A stretch of DNA of 64,000 bases from the NCBI GenBank assembly GCA_049510745.1, contig JBEKYR010000031.1, forward strand, positions 23,689 to 87,688, read 5' to 3'. This DNA comes from Verrucomicrobiota bacterium (GTDB taxonomy: Bacteria; Verrucomicrobiota; Verrucomicrobiia; Limisphaerales; Palsa-1400). The position numbers and the translations under genes are program-made. The notes beneath the pieces were generated by a model. It saw nothing but the letters and a program-made list of their open reading frames with translations. It made no database searches and was not told the origin of the DNA. Shown piece by piece: positions 19,601 through 28,537 of this stretch (the first letter of the stretch is position 1; every line of letters begins with the position of its first letter).

Positions 19601-19916
19601 GTCGCTCGCCCAGGACGATCCCAACGGCACCGGCATGACAACCCTCCAGGATTTTATTGCCGGCATGAACCCGACTGATCCCAAATCGGTCTTTCAAGCC
19701 TCAGTTGTGCCGCCGGCCTCATCGGGCGGGGACGTGACGCTCGTTTGGTCCGTGGTGGCAGGCCGGACCTACTCTGTGCAATACAAGAACAACTTGGAAG
19801 ATCCCGTCTGGCACGCTTTGCGCGGCACTCCCGCCATCAACGGCACCCAGGCGCAATTTGCCGTGCCGACTGATCAGACGAGCCGCTATTACAGGATCGT
19901 GGTCGTAGCGCCCTGA
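16692..19916 (+). CDS. Secreted TolB/PD40-like beta-propeller repeat protein with DxDxDG motif and C-terminal ...YYR domain
   Basis: Signal-like helix; repeated SxDGRYVAFxSxAxNLV...DVFVRD units; DTDGDGIPDWW; ends SRYYRIVVVAP. Confidence 0.9.
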   Translation: MHAKRPFAGNHGDFLAQPVLVFLAAGALLLAAAVPSGIAQTAAQLISTRSTAFPLPAGGNGDSVDPQISPDGRFVLFNSTAVNLVPNTGGQLCSQVFLRDRSSNSTTLVSVNLNGFGGNGNSTYGGMSPDGRYVVFTSDASDLVPADTNGFSDVFVRDLVAGTTVLASVSTGGVQGNGPSSQPVMTPDGRYVAFISTSSDLASGSHDNPDIFVRDLVAQATAAMSTVATGSPTGAAISSLSITTNGRYVAFFSTALNLVSGVTQAGGEVYVRDFVGGRIIWASSNATTTAHAILGGTTPASEHPVISDDGTWVAFKTGSNSAAGGSAVIFQYNSVTAALTTVFTNGIYATYGDDVYGPEMTPDGRFIAFTSREQGTATNGSIRLWDSQSATNVLVSTNLSGVYSANTMAQAPALTPDGRYVVFLSNAGDLTANSVSNGSHIFLSDTQGGTVTLQDVDSNGVGSTDFTGTMPTLSTNGQFIAFSGPDGALVPADFNGANDVFVRDAAGGTTQLISQRNLSLPMRSGDRLSSEGPFSISADGRWVAFASYANDLVPNDTNNARDVFVCDRWSSSNFLVSVGQNGGSALGGDSMTPVISTNGRYVAFVSAATNLTAGNVFTNPGVYNVFRTDLQTQTTVLVSVSTDGVQSGTNDSTSPVMSQDGRYVAFLSKARNLAPGQTGLGSSTFLYDFNGGTSLVLPGSATNATFPPTMSADGRYIAYPGTTNLYTQVLVWDTQQGKNIYSNTASSAAISPDGSRLLYQNGATLKVQDLVHGTNMLTATGAQTIRTPGVWSGNGRFVALVTSSAISALDGNNTNDVYLADLLTPTQILVSVNSSLTGSGNAASDWPAVSWDGRFVAFRSFATNLVPGHTIAPDLYLYDRVTGTNSLLALEQPASDWTMRPSKPVFSVDGSSAAFQSYGSGLSFGHLSRLQDVFAAVLPPAANADTDGDGIPDWWMIQYFGHITGQAGDQSLAQDDPNGTGMTTLQDFIAGMNPTDPKSVFQASVVPPASSGGDVTLVWSVVAGRTYSVQYKNNLEDPVWHALRGTPAINGTQAQFAVPTDQTSRYYRIVVVAP

Positions 19917-19939
19917 GAGCGCGTTTTAAAAAAACGCTC

Positions 19940-20728
19940 TTACCAATAAAAGTAAGGAGCGCTGCCTGTCCTGTTCTGCATGTCTTTGAAATTCCGCCAC
20001 TCAACATGGCCGTCGAGCATGGCGACATTGCCGCCGAGAGGGACGGTTCCGTTCAAATGCGGACTGAGGTGACCTTGCACCTGGCCGTATGCGTTCACGT
20101 ACCCGCCGGGGATGTTCACCCAATTGTAGGTGAGCATCACGGCATAAACAGAGGAGTTTCCCGTATTGTTCAGGTTCGCATCAGCCACCAGCGCGCGCGA
20201 GGCCGGTTTGACCGGAAGGAGCTGAGTGTAACCAATATAGGGGGGCGCTCGCTGTGTGGTTAAAGTGAGATTCATGTTCGTGGCGAAAGAGCCTCCAAAA
20301 CTTGCGGTGCCGTACAGGGTGCTGGCATAACCGAGGACACTAAAGTTGGGGCCGTCATAATTAAACAGGCGCAGATTGTCCTGCTCTGTAAAACGCGGAG
20401 CAGTCCCCGGACAATACAAGTCATTCCACTTGACACCGGTATTTGTGACAAAGGAAACGATAGACCCCGTAGTGTCCCATGCCCAATTTCCGAGACTATT
20501 GTAGGGTAGGTTGTCCTGGTTTTCGTTGCCAAAGATTTGCAGGGCCAAGTCGTACTGCTGCAAATTGGCGGCGCACTGCGCGATGATGGTTTTCCCGGCG
20601 CCACGGCCCAGCGACGGCAACGCCATGACCGCCAGCAGCGCCACAGCGGCCAGGAGGGCCAGAAGATCAACCCGCGTGAAACCGGAATCATCCGGCTGCG
20701 GACCGTTCAGTTTTTCAGCCGTTTTCAC
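19940..20728 (-). CDS. Prepilin-type N-terminal cleavage / H-X9-DG (DUF1559-like) pseudopilin, copy 2
   Basis: G|FTRVDLL plus hydrophobic helix, CAANLQQ, YCP and HLNGTVPLGGNVAMLDGHVEW; GTG start with GGAGAG RBS. Confidence 0.85.
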   Translation of the reverse strand: MKTAEKLNGPQPDDSGFTRVDLLALLAAVALLAVMALPSLGRGAGKTIIAQCAANLQQYDLALQIFGNENQDNLPYNSLGNWAWDTTGSIVSFVTNTGVKWNDLYCPGTAPRFTEQDNLRLFNYDGPNFSVLGYASTLYGTASFGGSFATNMNLTLTTQRAPPYIGYTQLLPVKPASRALVADANLNNTGNSSVYAVMLTYNWVNIPGGYVNAYGQVQGHLSPHLNGTVPLGGNVAMLDGHVEWRNFKDMQNRTGSAPYFYW

Positions 20729-20823
20729 TTCTCTCCTCGAGAGAGCTTTGTTCCCAGGAACATACAAATACTGCCCCCGCCAAAGCAAGCCGATTCCGCC
20801 AGCCGATTCCGCCAGATTGCCTT

Positions 20824-21609
20824 TTACCAATAGAAGTAAGGAGAACTGCTTGTCCTGGGCAGCATGGCTTTGAAATTTCGCCACTCAACATGGCCGTCGA
20901 GCATGCCGATATTGCCGCCGAGAGGGACGGTTCCGTTCAAATGCGGGCTGAGGTGGTCTTGTTCCTGGCCGTATGCGTTCACGTACCCACCGTCGATGTT
21001 CACCCAATTGTAGGTGAGCATCACGGCATAAATAGAGGAGCTTCCCGAATTGTTCAGGTTCGCATCAGCCACCAGCGCGCGCGAGGCCGGTTTGACTGGA
21101 AAGGGCTGGGTGGCGCCAAAATAGGTGGGTGCTCGCTGTGCGGTTAAAGTGATATTCATGTTCGTGGCGAAAGGGCCTGCAAAACTTGCGCTGCCGTACA
21201 GGGTGCCGGCATAACCGAGGACTCTAAAGGAGGAGGGGTCATAATTAAATAGGCGCAGATTGTCCTGCTCGGTAAAACGCGAAGAAGTCCCCGGACAATA
21301 CAATTCATTCCACTTGACACCGGTATTTGTGATAAAGGAAACGACAGCCGGAACCATGTCCCATGGCCATCCGCTATCATTGTAGGGTAGGTTGTCCTGG
21401 TTTTCGTTGCCATAGATTTGCAGGGCCAGGTCGTACTGCTGCAAATTGGCGGCGCACTGCGCGATGATGGTCTTCCCGGCGCCGCGGCCCAGCGACGGCA
21501 ACGCCATGACCGCCAGCAGCGCCACAGCGGCCAGGAGGGCCAGAAGATCAACCCGCGTGAAACCGGAATCATCCGGCTGCGGACAGTTCAGTTTTTCAGC
21601 CGTTTTCAC
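20824..21609 (-). CDS. Prepilin-type N-terminal cleavage / H-X9-DG (DUF1559-like) pseudopilin, copy 1
   Basis: Tandem paralogue of 19940-20728 with the same motifs; TTGCAT-N18-TATAGT upstream. Confidence 0.85.
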   Translation of the reverse strand: MKTAEKLNCPQPDDSGFTRVDLLALLAAVALLAVMALPSLGRGAGKTIIAQCAANLQQYDLALQIYGNENQDNLPYNDSGWPWDMVPAVVSFITNTGVKWNELYCPGTSSRFTEQDNLRLFNYDPSSFRVLGYAGTLYGSASFAGPFATNMNITLTAQRAPTYFGATQPFPVKPASRALVADANLNNSGSSSIYAVMLTYNWVNIDGGYVNAYGQEQDHLSPHLNGTVPLGGNIGMLDGHVEWRNFKAMLPRTSSSPYFYW

Positions 21610-21700
21610 TTCTCTCCTTAAGAAAGCTTTGTTGCTATGACTATACAGATGCCGCCCCCGCCAATGCAAGCAGATTCCGCAACCTTGTATTACCCGTTTC

Positions 21701-23116
21701 TCACGGCATTCGACCGCGGATACAGACAAAGTAGGCCAGCAACAGGACCGCCAGCAGGCCGGTCAGCCAGCCGATTTGCCGCCCCCGCCCGGCGCACACC
21801 CGCACCAGCGGGTCGGCGATCATTCCCAGCGCCAACCCGTCGGCGATGGAATACGAGAGCGGGATGCCAATCAACGTCAGGAAGGCCGGAATGGATGCCG
21901 CCGGGTCGTGCCACTCAATCTTGGCCGCGTTGCCCATCATCATGGCCCCGACAATCACCAGCGCCGGCGCGGTCAGCGGCGGATAGCTTCCCATCATCAA
22001 AACCAGCGGACTGAAGAAAAGCGCCAGCAAAAACAAGCCGGCCACCACCAAGCCCGTCAACCCGGTGCGTCCTCCCTGTTCCACCCCAGCCGCGCTTTCG
22101 ATGAAACTGGTCACGGTGCTGGTGCCCAGCGCCGCGCCCGCCACGGTGCCGGCGGCGTCGGAAATCATCGCCTGCTTGGCCCGCGGCAGCTTGTTATCCA
22201 CCATGAACCCGGCCTCTTCGCAAACCCCGATAAGCGTGCCGATGCCGTCGAACGTCAGCATAAACAGGAAGACCGCGATAAACGGCAGCATGGCCGGGGC
22301 CAGCGCGTGGACGCAATCCAGTTTCATCCAAGTCGGACCCAGGGGCGGCGGCGCGGCCACCACGCCTTGGGCGAATTGAAACCGCGCCGCCAGCATCGAA
22401 CCGGCCACGGCGGGCGACGCGGCCCACGCCCGCGGCAAAAGCGGCAGCGCGGCCTTGCACGCCGCGGCCAGCGCCGTCGCGCCGGCGATTCCCCACAAGA
22501 TGGCCCCGCGCGTCCGCCGCGCCTGGAGCACCGCAGTCAATAATAGCGCGGCGAAGAATACCAGCAGATCGGGCGAGCCGAAATGGGCGTTGAGCTTTAC
22601 GGCCGTGCCGGGGTCCTTGACAATCACCCCGGCGTTTTGCAGCCCGATGAACGCGATGAATATCCCGATGCCGGCCGCGGCGGCGTTCTTGAGGCTGGGC
22701 GTCACGGCGTTGAAAATCATTTCGCGGATTCCGAGCAGCGACAGGACAAGGAACAGCATGCCGGAGAAAAACACCGCTCCCAGCGCCACCTGCCAGGCAT
22801 TATGGAATCCGGCGGCGGCGGCCGCGGGAATGGCCGAGAACACGAAGAAAAAGTTTTCGCCCATCCCCGGCGCCTGGGCGATGGGATAGCGCGAGTAAAG
22901 CGCCATGATCACGGTGGCCAGCGCGGCCGAAAGGCAAGTCGCCGTCATGACCGCCCCAAAATCCATCCCTGTCGGCTGGCCGAACATTTTCCCGGACAGG
23001 ACCGCCGGTTGCACGACGACGATGTAGGCCATGGTGAGAAAGGTGGTAATTCCCGCCATGATTTCGGTGCGGACCGTGGTTTGGTTTTCGCTCAGCTTGA
23101 AAAAACGTTCGAGCAT
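21701..23116 (-). CDS. NCS2/AzgA family purine permease
   Basis: EIMAGITTFLTMAYI, APGMGENFFF, GTSTVTSFIESAAGVEQGGRTGLT and many TM helices. Confidence 0.93.
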   Translation of the reverse strand: MLERFFKLSENQTTVRTEIMAGITTFLTMAYIVVVQPAVLSGKMFGQPTGMDFGAVMTATCLSAALATVIMALYSRYPIAQAPGMGENFFFVFSAIPAAAAAGFHNAWQVALGAVFFSGMLFLVLSLLGIREMIFNAVTPSLKNAAAAGIGIFIAFIGLQNAGVIVKDPGTAVKLNAHFGSPDLLVFFAALLLTAVLQARRTRGAILWGIAGATALAAACKAALPLLPRAWAASPAVAGSMLAARFQFAQGVVAAPPPLGPTWMKLDCVHALAPAMLPFIAVFLFMLTFDGIGTLIGVCEEAGFMVDNKLPRAKQAMISDAAGTVAGAALGTSTVTSFIESAAGVEQGGRTGLTGLVVAGLFLLALFFSPLVLMMGSYPPLTAPALVIVGAMMMGNAAKIEWHDPAASIPAFLTLIGIPLSYSIADGLALGMIADPLVRVCAGRGRQIGWLTGLLAVLLLAYFVCIRGRMP

Positions 23117-23147
23117 ATCGCCTCTAAAGGAAACCAGGCGAAAAGCC

Positions 23148-23516
23148 CTATGCAGGGCCTTTTGGTCCAAGAGGAATCTTCCAGGTGTAAAGTCTCGACA
23201 GCTTTAATCGTCGTTCTTCGTCTTTCTCTCCGAGAACTTGGCTGTGCGCCCGATTGGCCGGAATTGGCCCATGCGCAACGGACAAGCCTTCCACTGAACG
23301 CACTGCACCCACACCGAGTGCGATGACTCCGTTGTCGTCAGGGCGTCGGGCGCGCTGTCTTGTTTCTTCGGCGCTCGCATATCGGTCCCAATCCACCGAC
23401 ATCCCTCCCTCGTGGTCGCGAAAAACGCCGGGGATGAGAGCGCCTTCGAGACAATATGTCCGATGAACGCGCATAAACACCGCCGCGCTGTCGGGAATAT
23501 TTTCCTGGGGCCACAT
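23148..23516 (-). CDS. Small hypothetical protein, putative ADP-ribosyltransferase-fold (Tse2/RES-like) toxin
   Basis: Motif order FMRVH ... GMSVDW ... PANRAHS (Arg, Ser, His). Starts 5 nt after an AbrB-domain gene. The ORF is well supported; the function is inferred. Confidence 0.55.
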   Translation of the reverse strand: MWPQENIPDSAAVFMRVHRTYCLEGALIPGVFRDHEGGMSVDWDRYASAEETRQRARRPDDNGVIALGVGAVRSVEGLSVAHGPIPANRAHSQVLGEKDEERRLKLSRLYTWKIPLGPKGPA

Positions 23517-23521
23517 GCCGG

Positions 23522-24067
23522 TTACGTGGCCAACCAGACAACCAGACGACGAGTGGCCTCGGGCGTCGTCACATTTCCCTTCATGAACGAGGCGCCGTAG
23601 TCATCGCCGTAGAAACTCACGGGTTTGCCGGCGTCGGGCGAGACGTTCAGCAGCAATTCGAACCGCGGCAGTTTCCAGTGAAGATCGATGCTTCCATCCG
23701 GCCCCGGCAGGATTTTCGGGGCGGGCAAATCTTTTCCAAACTGGCGCGCGGAAGATTCGGCCAAGGCTGCGAGGAAGTTGCGGGCGCGCTCCCATGTGGC
23801 CTCCGCGTACTTGCCCGATCCGTTCTCATCCCAATCATCCTCCAATTGCAGAATCCACCGGGACGCTTCGATGACCTCCTGGATGTTCTTTTGCCCCGTG
23901 CCATTCGGCACGGATTCAGGGCCGTTCTTTTCGGGCGTCAGCGTCACCACAACACCTTCGATGGAAATCTTAAACGTGTCGCCCGGCTTGATGGCCAGCT
24001 CCTGGCGCACGTCCTCGGGCAACGCGATTCGTCCCGTCTGATCGATCGGCACAAGGACATCTTTCAT
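23522..24067 (-). CDS. AbrB/MazE/SpoVT DNA-binding domain fused to an uncharacterised domain, putative antitoxin
   Basis: IDQTGRIALPEDVRQELAIKPGD is a typical AbrB motif; second domain has LEDDWDENG...PKILPGPDGSIDLHW. Confidence 0.75.
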   Translation of the reverse strand: MKDVLVPIDQTGRIALPEDVRQELAIKPGDTFKISIEGVVVTLTPEKNGPESVPNGTGQKNIQEVIEASRWILQLEDDWDENGSGKYAEATWERARNFLAALAESSARQFGKDLPAPKILPGPDGSIDLHWKLPRFELLLNVSPDAGKPVSFYGDDYGASFMKGNVTTPEATRRLVVWLAT

Positions 24068-24161
24068 GCGAGAAAACCATACCATGACCACAGCCCAATG
24101 GGAAGAGCCGCATGGCACTTGCCCCGCTTGCATCGCGGCTTTCGTCCACTAATATCCTCCC

Positions 24162-26435
24162 ATGGCGCAGCAGATACTTTCCCCGCAAGGCGCGGATGCC
24201 GGTCCGCGGCCGTTCATCCCGCCCGAAGCGCGCCTGCGCGAATTCACCCCCCGCGCCATCATCCTCGGCGCCCTTCTGGGCATGGTCTTCGGCGCCTCCT
24301 CGCTTTATCTGGTGCTCAAAGTCGGCATGACCGTCAGCGCTTCCATTCCGGTGGCCGTCATCTCGCTGACGCTCTTCCGCCTCTGGGCCAGGATGGGCGG
24401 CAAGGACGCCACCATCCTCGAAGACAACATCGTCCAGACCGCCGGCTCGGCGGGGGAATCGATTGCTTTTGGCATCGGCGTGACCATGCCGGCCATTATG
24501 ATCCTGGGGTTCGATCTCGAAATGACACGGCCCATGGTCGTCGGTTTGCTCGGCGGTCTGCTCGGCATTCTCCTGATGATCCCGTTGCGGCGGGCGCTGA
24601 TCGTGCAGCAGCACGGAATTCTGAAATACCCCGAAGGCACCGCCTGCGCCGAAGTTCTCAAAGCCGGCGCCAACGAGGAATCGCGCGCCGCCTCGCAGCA
24701 CGCCCCCGGCGCGCAAATCGCCCGGCCCAGTGGCGCCGCCGTTTTCGCCGGGTTCGGCGTCGGGCTGGTGTATAAAACGGTCATGTCGGCCTTCAAAGCA
24801 TGGAAGGATACGCCGGAAAAAATCTTTGGCGCCCCCTTCACCGGCGGCTCGATTTCGGCGGATATTTCCCCGGAACTCCTGGGGGTCGGTTACATCATCG
24901 GCACGCGCATCTCCTGCATCATGGCGGCGGGCGGCATCCTGTCCTATCTGGTGTTGATTCCGCTGATCAAGTTTTTCGGCGCCAACGCCGCCGGGATCGT
25001 CGCCCCCGGCCATAGCCTGATTCGGGACATGGCGCCGGACGACGTGCGCGCCGCCTATGTCCTTTACATCGGGGCCGGGGCGGTGGCGGCGGGCGGGATC
25101 ATCAGCCTGGCGCGCTCCATGCCCTTGATCTGGCGCGGGATTCGCGCCGGCTTGTCCGACTTCGGCGCCGCCGCCGCCCAGACGCGGGCCGTCGCGGCCC
25201 GGACGGAACAGGACCTTTCGATGAAAGTGGTCGCCGCCGGTTGTTTGGCGTTGGTGGTGGCGATCTGGGCGGTTCCGGCCCTGAACATGAATACACTGGG
25301 GGCGATTCTCATTGTTTTGTTTGGCTTCTTGTTTGTCACCGTCTCGTCCAGGCTCACGGGGGAAATCGGCTCGTCGTCCAACCCGATCTCCGGCATGACC
25401 GTTGCCACGCTGCTGCTTACCTGCCTCATCTTCCTGCTGGTGGGCTGGACGGGCGTCCAATACTACGTGACCGCGCTTTCGGTGGGCGGCATCGTGTGCG
25501 TGGCGGCCTCCAACGGCGGCGCGACCTCGCAGGATTTGAAAACGGGATTTCTCCTCGGCGCGACACCCCGCTACCAGCAAATCGCCATCTTGATCGGTGC
25601 GGCGCTCTCAGCGATTGCCTTGAGTCCGATCCTCATCGGCCTCAACGCCGCCGGCACGGTCTATGTTCCCATCGACAAGGCGGCTCCCGGCTTGCACGCC
25701 CCGGCCAGCGCCGCCCTCGCCGGTCCCGAACGGCTCGCCGGCCCTCAAGCCAGGGACGACTCCAAAGCTTACCGCGCCTGGCAAAAGACCGACGACGACG
25801 GCGGCCGCCAGGGCCGATACCTGGTGGATGACAGCGGCGCGGCGGTTTATTACGTCGATCCGGGCATTAACGGCACCTTCAAAACGCGCCCCGACGGCAC
25901 GGAAGTCAGGAAGTATTCGGCCCCCAAGGCCGTGCTGGTCTCCTATATCATCAAAGGCATCCTCAATGGGCAACTGCCCTGGGCGCTGGTGCTCCTGGGC
26001 GTCATGCTCTCGATTATTCTCGAAATGTCCGGCATCCCGTCGCTGGCCTTTGCCGTCGGGGTCTATCTGCCGCTCTCCTCCTCCACGCCGCTGATGATCG
26101 GAGGAATGGTGCGCTGGCTGGTGGACTGGGGACAGCGCCGGCAATTGAGCCATCTCGCTCTGACCGAAGAGCAACTCTCCGCCGAGAGCGACCGCAGCCC
26201 CGGCGTCCTGCTGGCCAGCGGCTACATCGCGGGCGGGGCGATTGCGGGAATCGTGATTGCGTTCATGGCCGGCGTCTGGAGCGCCGCCGACGGGGCCATC
26301 ACCCGCTGGGCCGAAGCGCGCAACCCGTTCTACGCCGGGCCAAACGCCGATCTACTGGCCCTGATTCCGTTCGCGGCGCTGGCGGCCTGCCTCTATCTCG
26401 TCGGCCGCGGACGCCGGGTGGCTCAAGGCGAATGA
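24162..26435 (+). CDS. OPT family oligopeptide transporter
   Basis: [55 protein letters not shown] and GVYLPL. Confidence 0.95.
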   Translation: MAQQILSPQGADAGPRPFIPPEARLREFTPRAIILGALLGMVFGASSLYLVLKVGMTVSASIPVAVISLTLFRLWARMGGKDATILEDNIVQTAGSAGESIAFGIGVTMPAIMILGFDLEMTRPMVVGLLGGLLGILLMIPLRRALIVQQHGILKYPEGTACAEVLKAGANEESRAASQHAPGAQIARPSGAAVFAGFGVGLVYKTVMSAFKAWKDTPEKIFGAPFTGGSISADISPELLGVGYIIGTRISCIMAAGGILSYLVLIPLIKFFGANAAGIVAPGHSLIRDMAPDDVRAAYVLYIGAGAVAAGGIISLARSMPLIWRGIRAGLSDFGAAAAQTRAVAARTEQDLSMKVVAAGCLALVVAIWAVPALNMNTLGAILIVLFGFLFVTVSSRLTGEIGSSSNPISGMTVATLLLTCLIFLLVGWTGVQYYVTALSVGGIVCVAASNGGATSQDLKTGFLLGATPRYQQIAILIGAALSAIALSPILIGLNAAGTVYVPIDKAAPGLHAPASAALAGPERLAGPQARDDSKAYRAWQKTDDDGGRQGRYLVDDSGAAVYYVDPGINGTFKTRPDGTEVRKYSAPKAVLVSYIIKGILNGQLPWALVLLGVMLSIILEMSGIPSLAFAVGVYLPLSSSTPLMIGGMVRWLVDWGQRRQLSHLALTEEQLSAESDRSPGVLLASGYIAGGAIAGIVIAFMAGVWSAADGAITRWAEARNPFYAGPNADLLALIPFAALAACLYLVGRGRRVAQGE

Positions 26436-26448
26436 GGACAGACGGGCT

Positions 26449-26793
26449 TCAGGATTCGACCAGCACTTTGGGCCTCTTCTCCGCGATCTCGAGCAGGCGA
26501 AGCGCCGAACCGGAGGGCTTGCGGACTCCCTGTTCCCATTTGGCCGCCGTGTTCCTTGTCACGTAGAATAATTCCGCGAAGACGGGCTGGCTGACGTTCA
26601 GCCGCTTGCGAATCGACCGGATTCGCGCCGGGGTGAAGACACCGGGTTTTCTCGGCCGTGGCCAAGAGCGCGTGCGTAATGTCAGCTTCTTCCCTTGGGC
26701 GTGGGCCAGCGCCTCCTCGGCGCCCGATTTCAACTCGGCGAATTCCTCGTCAGTCAGGTGATGTCTCTTTTTTGACTTCTTCATAAATGGCAT
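26449..26793 (-). CDS. higA: Xre/HTH_3 antitoxin (HigA-like)
   Basis: IRSIRKRLNVSQPVFA...WEQGVRKPSGSALRLL; overlaps the upstream toxin gene. Alternative start 26784. Confidence 0.85.
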   Translation of the reverse strand: MPFMKKSKKRHHLTDEEFAELKSGAEEALAHAQGKKLTLRTRSWPRPRKPGVFTPARIRSIRKRLNVSQPVFAELFYVTRNTAAKWEQGVRKPSGSALRLLEIAEKRPKVLVES

Positions 26794-27100
26794 GCGCGAT
26801 TTGTTTCAGTTGCTGTTTTTGCCCGGCGTCCAAGTCCGCTTCCTCGTTTTTCGGATACAGGTAAACGAAGTAGATGCGTGACGCCGGCTTGACATGCAGA
26901 TAGATGATTCTGCACCCGCCGCGTTTGCCACGACCAGGCAGCCCCATCCGAATCTTCCGAAAGCCGCCCGTGCCTTGAATAACGTTGCCCGCTTCTGGAT
27001 TCTGGCAAAGGAGCGTCTCCAACTTCCAGAGATTCGGCTCTGCGCGCAGATGTTGGACACGCTCGGTAAACCGCGTGCTTTCGATGAATAATAAATTCAT
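26750..27100 (-). CDS. higB: RelE/HigB-family mRNase toxin
   Basis: FIESTRF, NPEAGNVIQGTGGFRKIR, GKRGGCRIIY and YPKNEEADL; toxin-first order. Confidence 0.88.
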   Translation of the reverse strand: MNLLFIESTRFTERVQHLRAEPNLWKLETLLCQNPEAGNVIQGTGGFRKIRMGLPGRGKRGGCRIIYLHVKPASRIYFVYLYPKNEEADLDAGQKQQLKQIAHAIYEEVKKETSPD

Positions 27101-27101
27101 C

Positions 27102-27136
27102 TATATGACTATGTCCTATATTTGTCTCGCTGGCAA
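27102..27136 (-). promoter_or_regulatory. higBA promoter with overlapping operator
   Basis: TTGCCA-N17-CATAGT, then 7 nt to ATG. Imperfect palindrome TATAGGAC-ata-GTCATATA covers the -10. Confidence 0.65.
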
Positions 27137-27180
27137 GAAGTTTTTGAGCGCACGGCGCACGCTTCCCGGTCTGCTTCGGC

Positions 27181-28317
27181 CTACACCGCCGCTTCCTGTC
27201 GCGCCCAGGCGTCGGCTTCCAGGATTTGCTCCAAACGGGGATGGGCCGTCACCGTGTGGCGTTCCATGACCCGCGCCACCGTCTGGCTGATTTGCGGAAA
27301 ATTGCGGCGGCCCCGGATGAAATCGCCGACCGCCACCTCGTTGGCGGCGTTGAGCACGGCGGGAAGCGTGCCGCCAATTTCCCCCGCCTTCCGCGCCAGG
27401 CCCAGCGCCGGGAATCGGTCCCCGTCCGGCTCCTCGAACGTCAATTGCCCCAGCTTGGCCAGGTTGGTTTGCACCCGCTCGCTCGCCACCCGCGCCGGAT
27501 AGGTCAGCGCGTATTGAATCGGCAGGCACATGTCCGGCGTGGACAATTGCGCCAGCATCGAGCCATCGACAAATTCCACCATCGAATGCACGATGCTTTG
27601 CGGATGCACCACCACCCGCACCCGCCCGATCTCCACGTCAAAGAGCCAGCGCGCCTCGATCATTTCCAATCCCTTGTTAAAGAGCGTCGCCGAGTCGATC
27701 GTGATCTTCCGCCCCATCACCCACGATGGATGCCGCAGCGCCCGCTCCACCGTCAGGCTGGCAAATTCCTCCTTCGGCGTCTCCCGAAACGGCCCGCCCG
27801 ACGCCGTCAGCCACAGGGCGCGGACCGACTCGGCGTCCTTGCCGTCCAGGCATTGGAAAATGGCCGAATGTTCGCTGTCCACCGCCAGCACCCGCACGCC
27901 GTTTTTGCGCGCCTCGCGCATGACGATTTCGCCCGCCATGACCAGGATTTCCTTGGACGCCACCGCGATGTCCTTGCCGGCGCGAATGGCCGCCAGGGCC
28001 GGCCGCAACCCGGCGGTGCCGACAATCGCAATCAAAACGATGTCCGCCGCCGGCAGCGTCGCCAGCTTGACCAAGCCTTCCCCGCCGGAAAACACCCGCA
28101 CCGCCGTGCCCAGCGTCTTTTCCAATTCGCGCGCCTTTCCGGGATCGGACACCGAGACGGCTTCGGGCCGGTGTTTGAGGGTTTGCTTGAGGAGCAACTC
28201 GGCGTTATTGCCGGCCGCCAGGCCGACCAAGCGGATTTGGTCCGGCAAATCCTCGGCCACCTTGATCGTGCTGGTGCCGATCGAGCCGGTGCATCCAAGA
28301 AGGACGACTCTTTTCAT
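27181..28317 (-). CDS. dxr: 1-deoxy-D-xylulose-5-phosphate reductoisomerase
   Basis: LLGCTGSIG, VDSEHSAIFQCL, LTASGGPFR, HPSWVMGRKITIDSATLFNKGLE and NAANEVAV. Confidence 0.97.
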   Translation of the reverse strand: MKRVVLLGCTGSIGTSTIKVAEDLPDQIRLVGLAAGNNAELLLKQTLKHRPEAVSVSDPGKARELEKTLGTAVRVFSGGEGLVKLATLPAADIVLIAIVGTAGLRPALAAIRAGKDIAVASKEILVMAGEIVMREARKNGVRVLAVDSEHSAIFQCLDGKDAESVRALWLTASGGPFRETPKEEFASLTVERALRHPSWVMGRKITIDSATLFNKGLEMIEARWLFDVEIGRVRVVVHPQSIVHSMVEFVDGSMLAQLSTPDMCLPIQYALTYPARVASERVQTNLAKLGQLTFEEPDGDRFPALGLARKAGEIGGTLPAVLNAANEVAVGDFIRGRRNFPQISQTVARVMERHTVTAHPRLEQILEADAWARQEAAV

Positions 28318-28383
28318 GGAGCGCCAGTTATAGAGCGGCGGGCGGGCGTTCCGCGAGCCTTTTTGCGCGAAAAAAACAGTTAC

Positions 28384-28501
28384 AGCCACAGATGAACACA
28401 GATAGACACAGATCAGAAGGAGTTGCGGAAAAAACAGGAGTCACCCAACGAGGGATGGCCTTTTCAAAAAAATCTGTGTTTATCTGTGTTCATCTGTGGC
28501 T
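28384..28501. repeat. Palindromic miniature element: 30-bp inverted arms built from a 10-mer
   Basis: agccacagatgaacacagatagacacagat (28384-28413) versus atctgtgtttatctgtgttcatctgtggct (28472-28501); one mismatch, 58-nt spacer. Confidence 0.9.
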
Positions 28502-28537
28502 CAAATTTCAAATATCTTTGGCTAGGGTTATGCGGTA

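Noticed and set aside
19940..21609. Pseudopilin pair as DGR template and variable repeats
   Set aside because: Whole-gene duplication including the promoter; differences are not obviously adenine-specific; no reverse transcriptase in the window.
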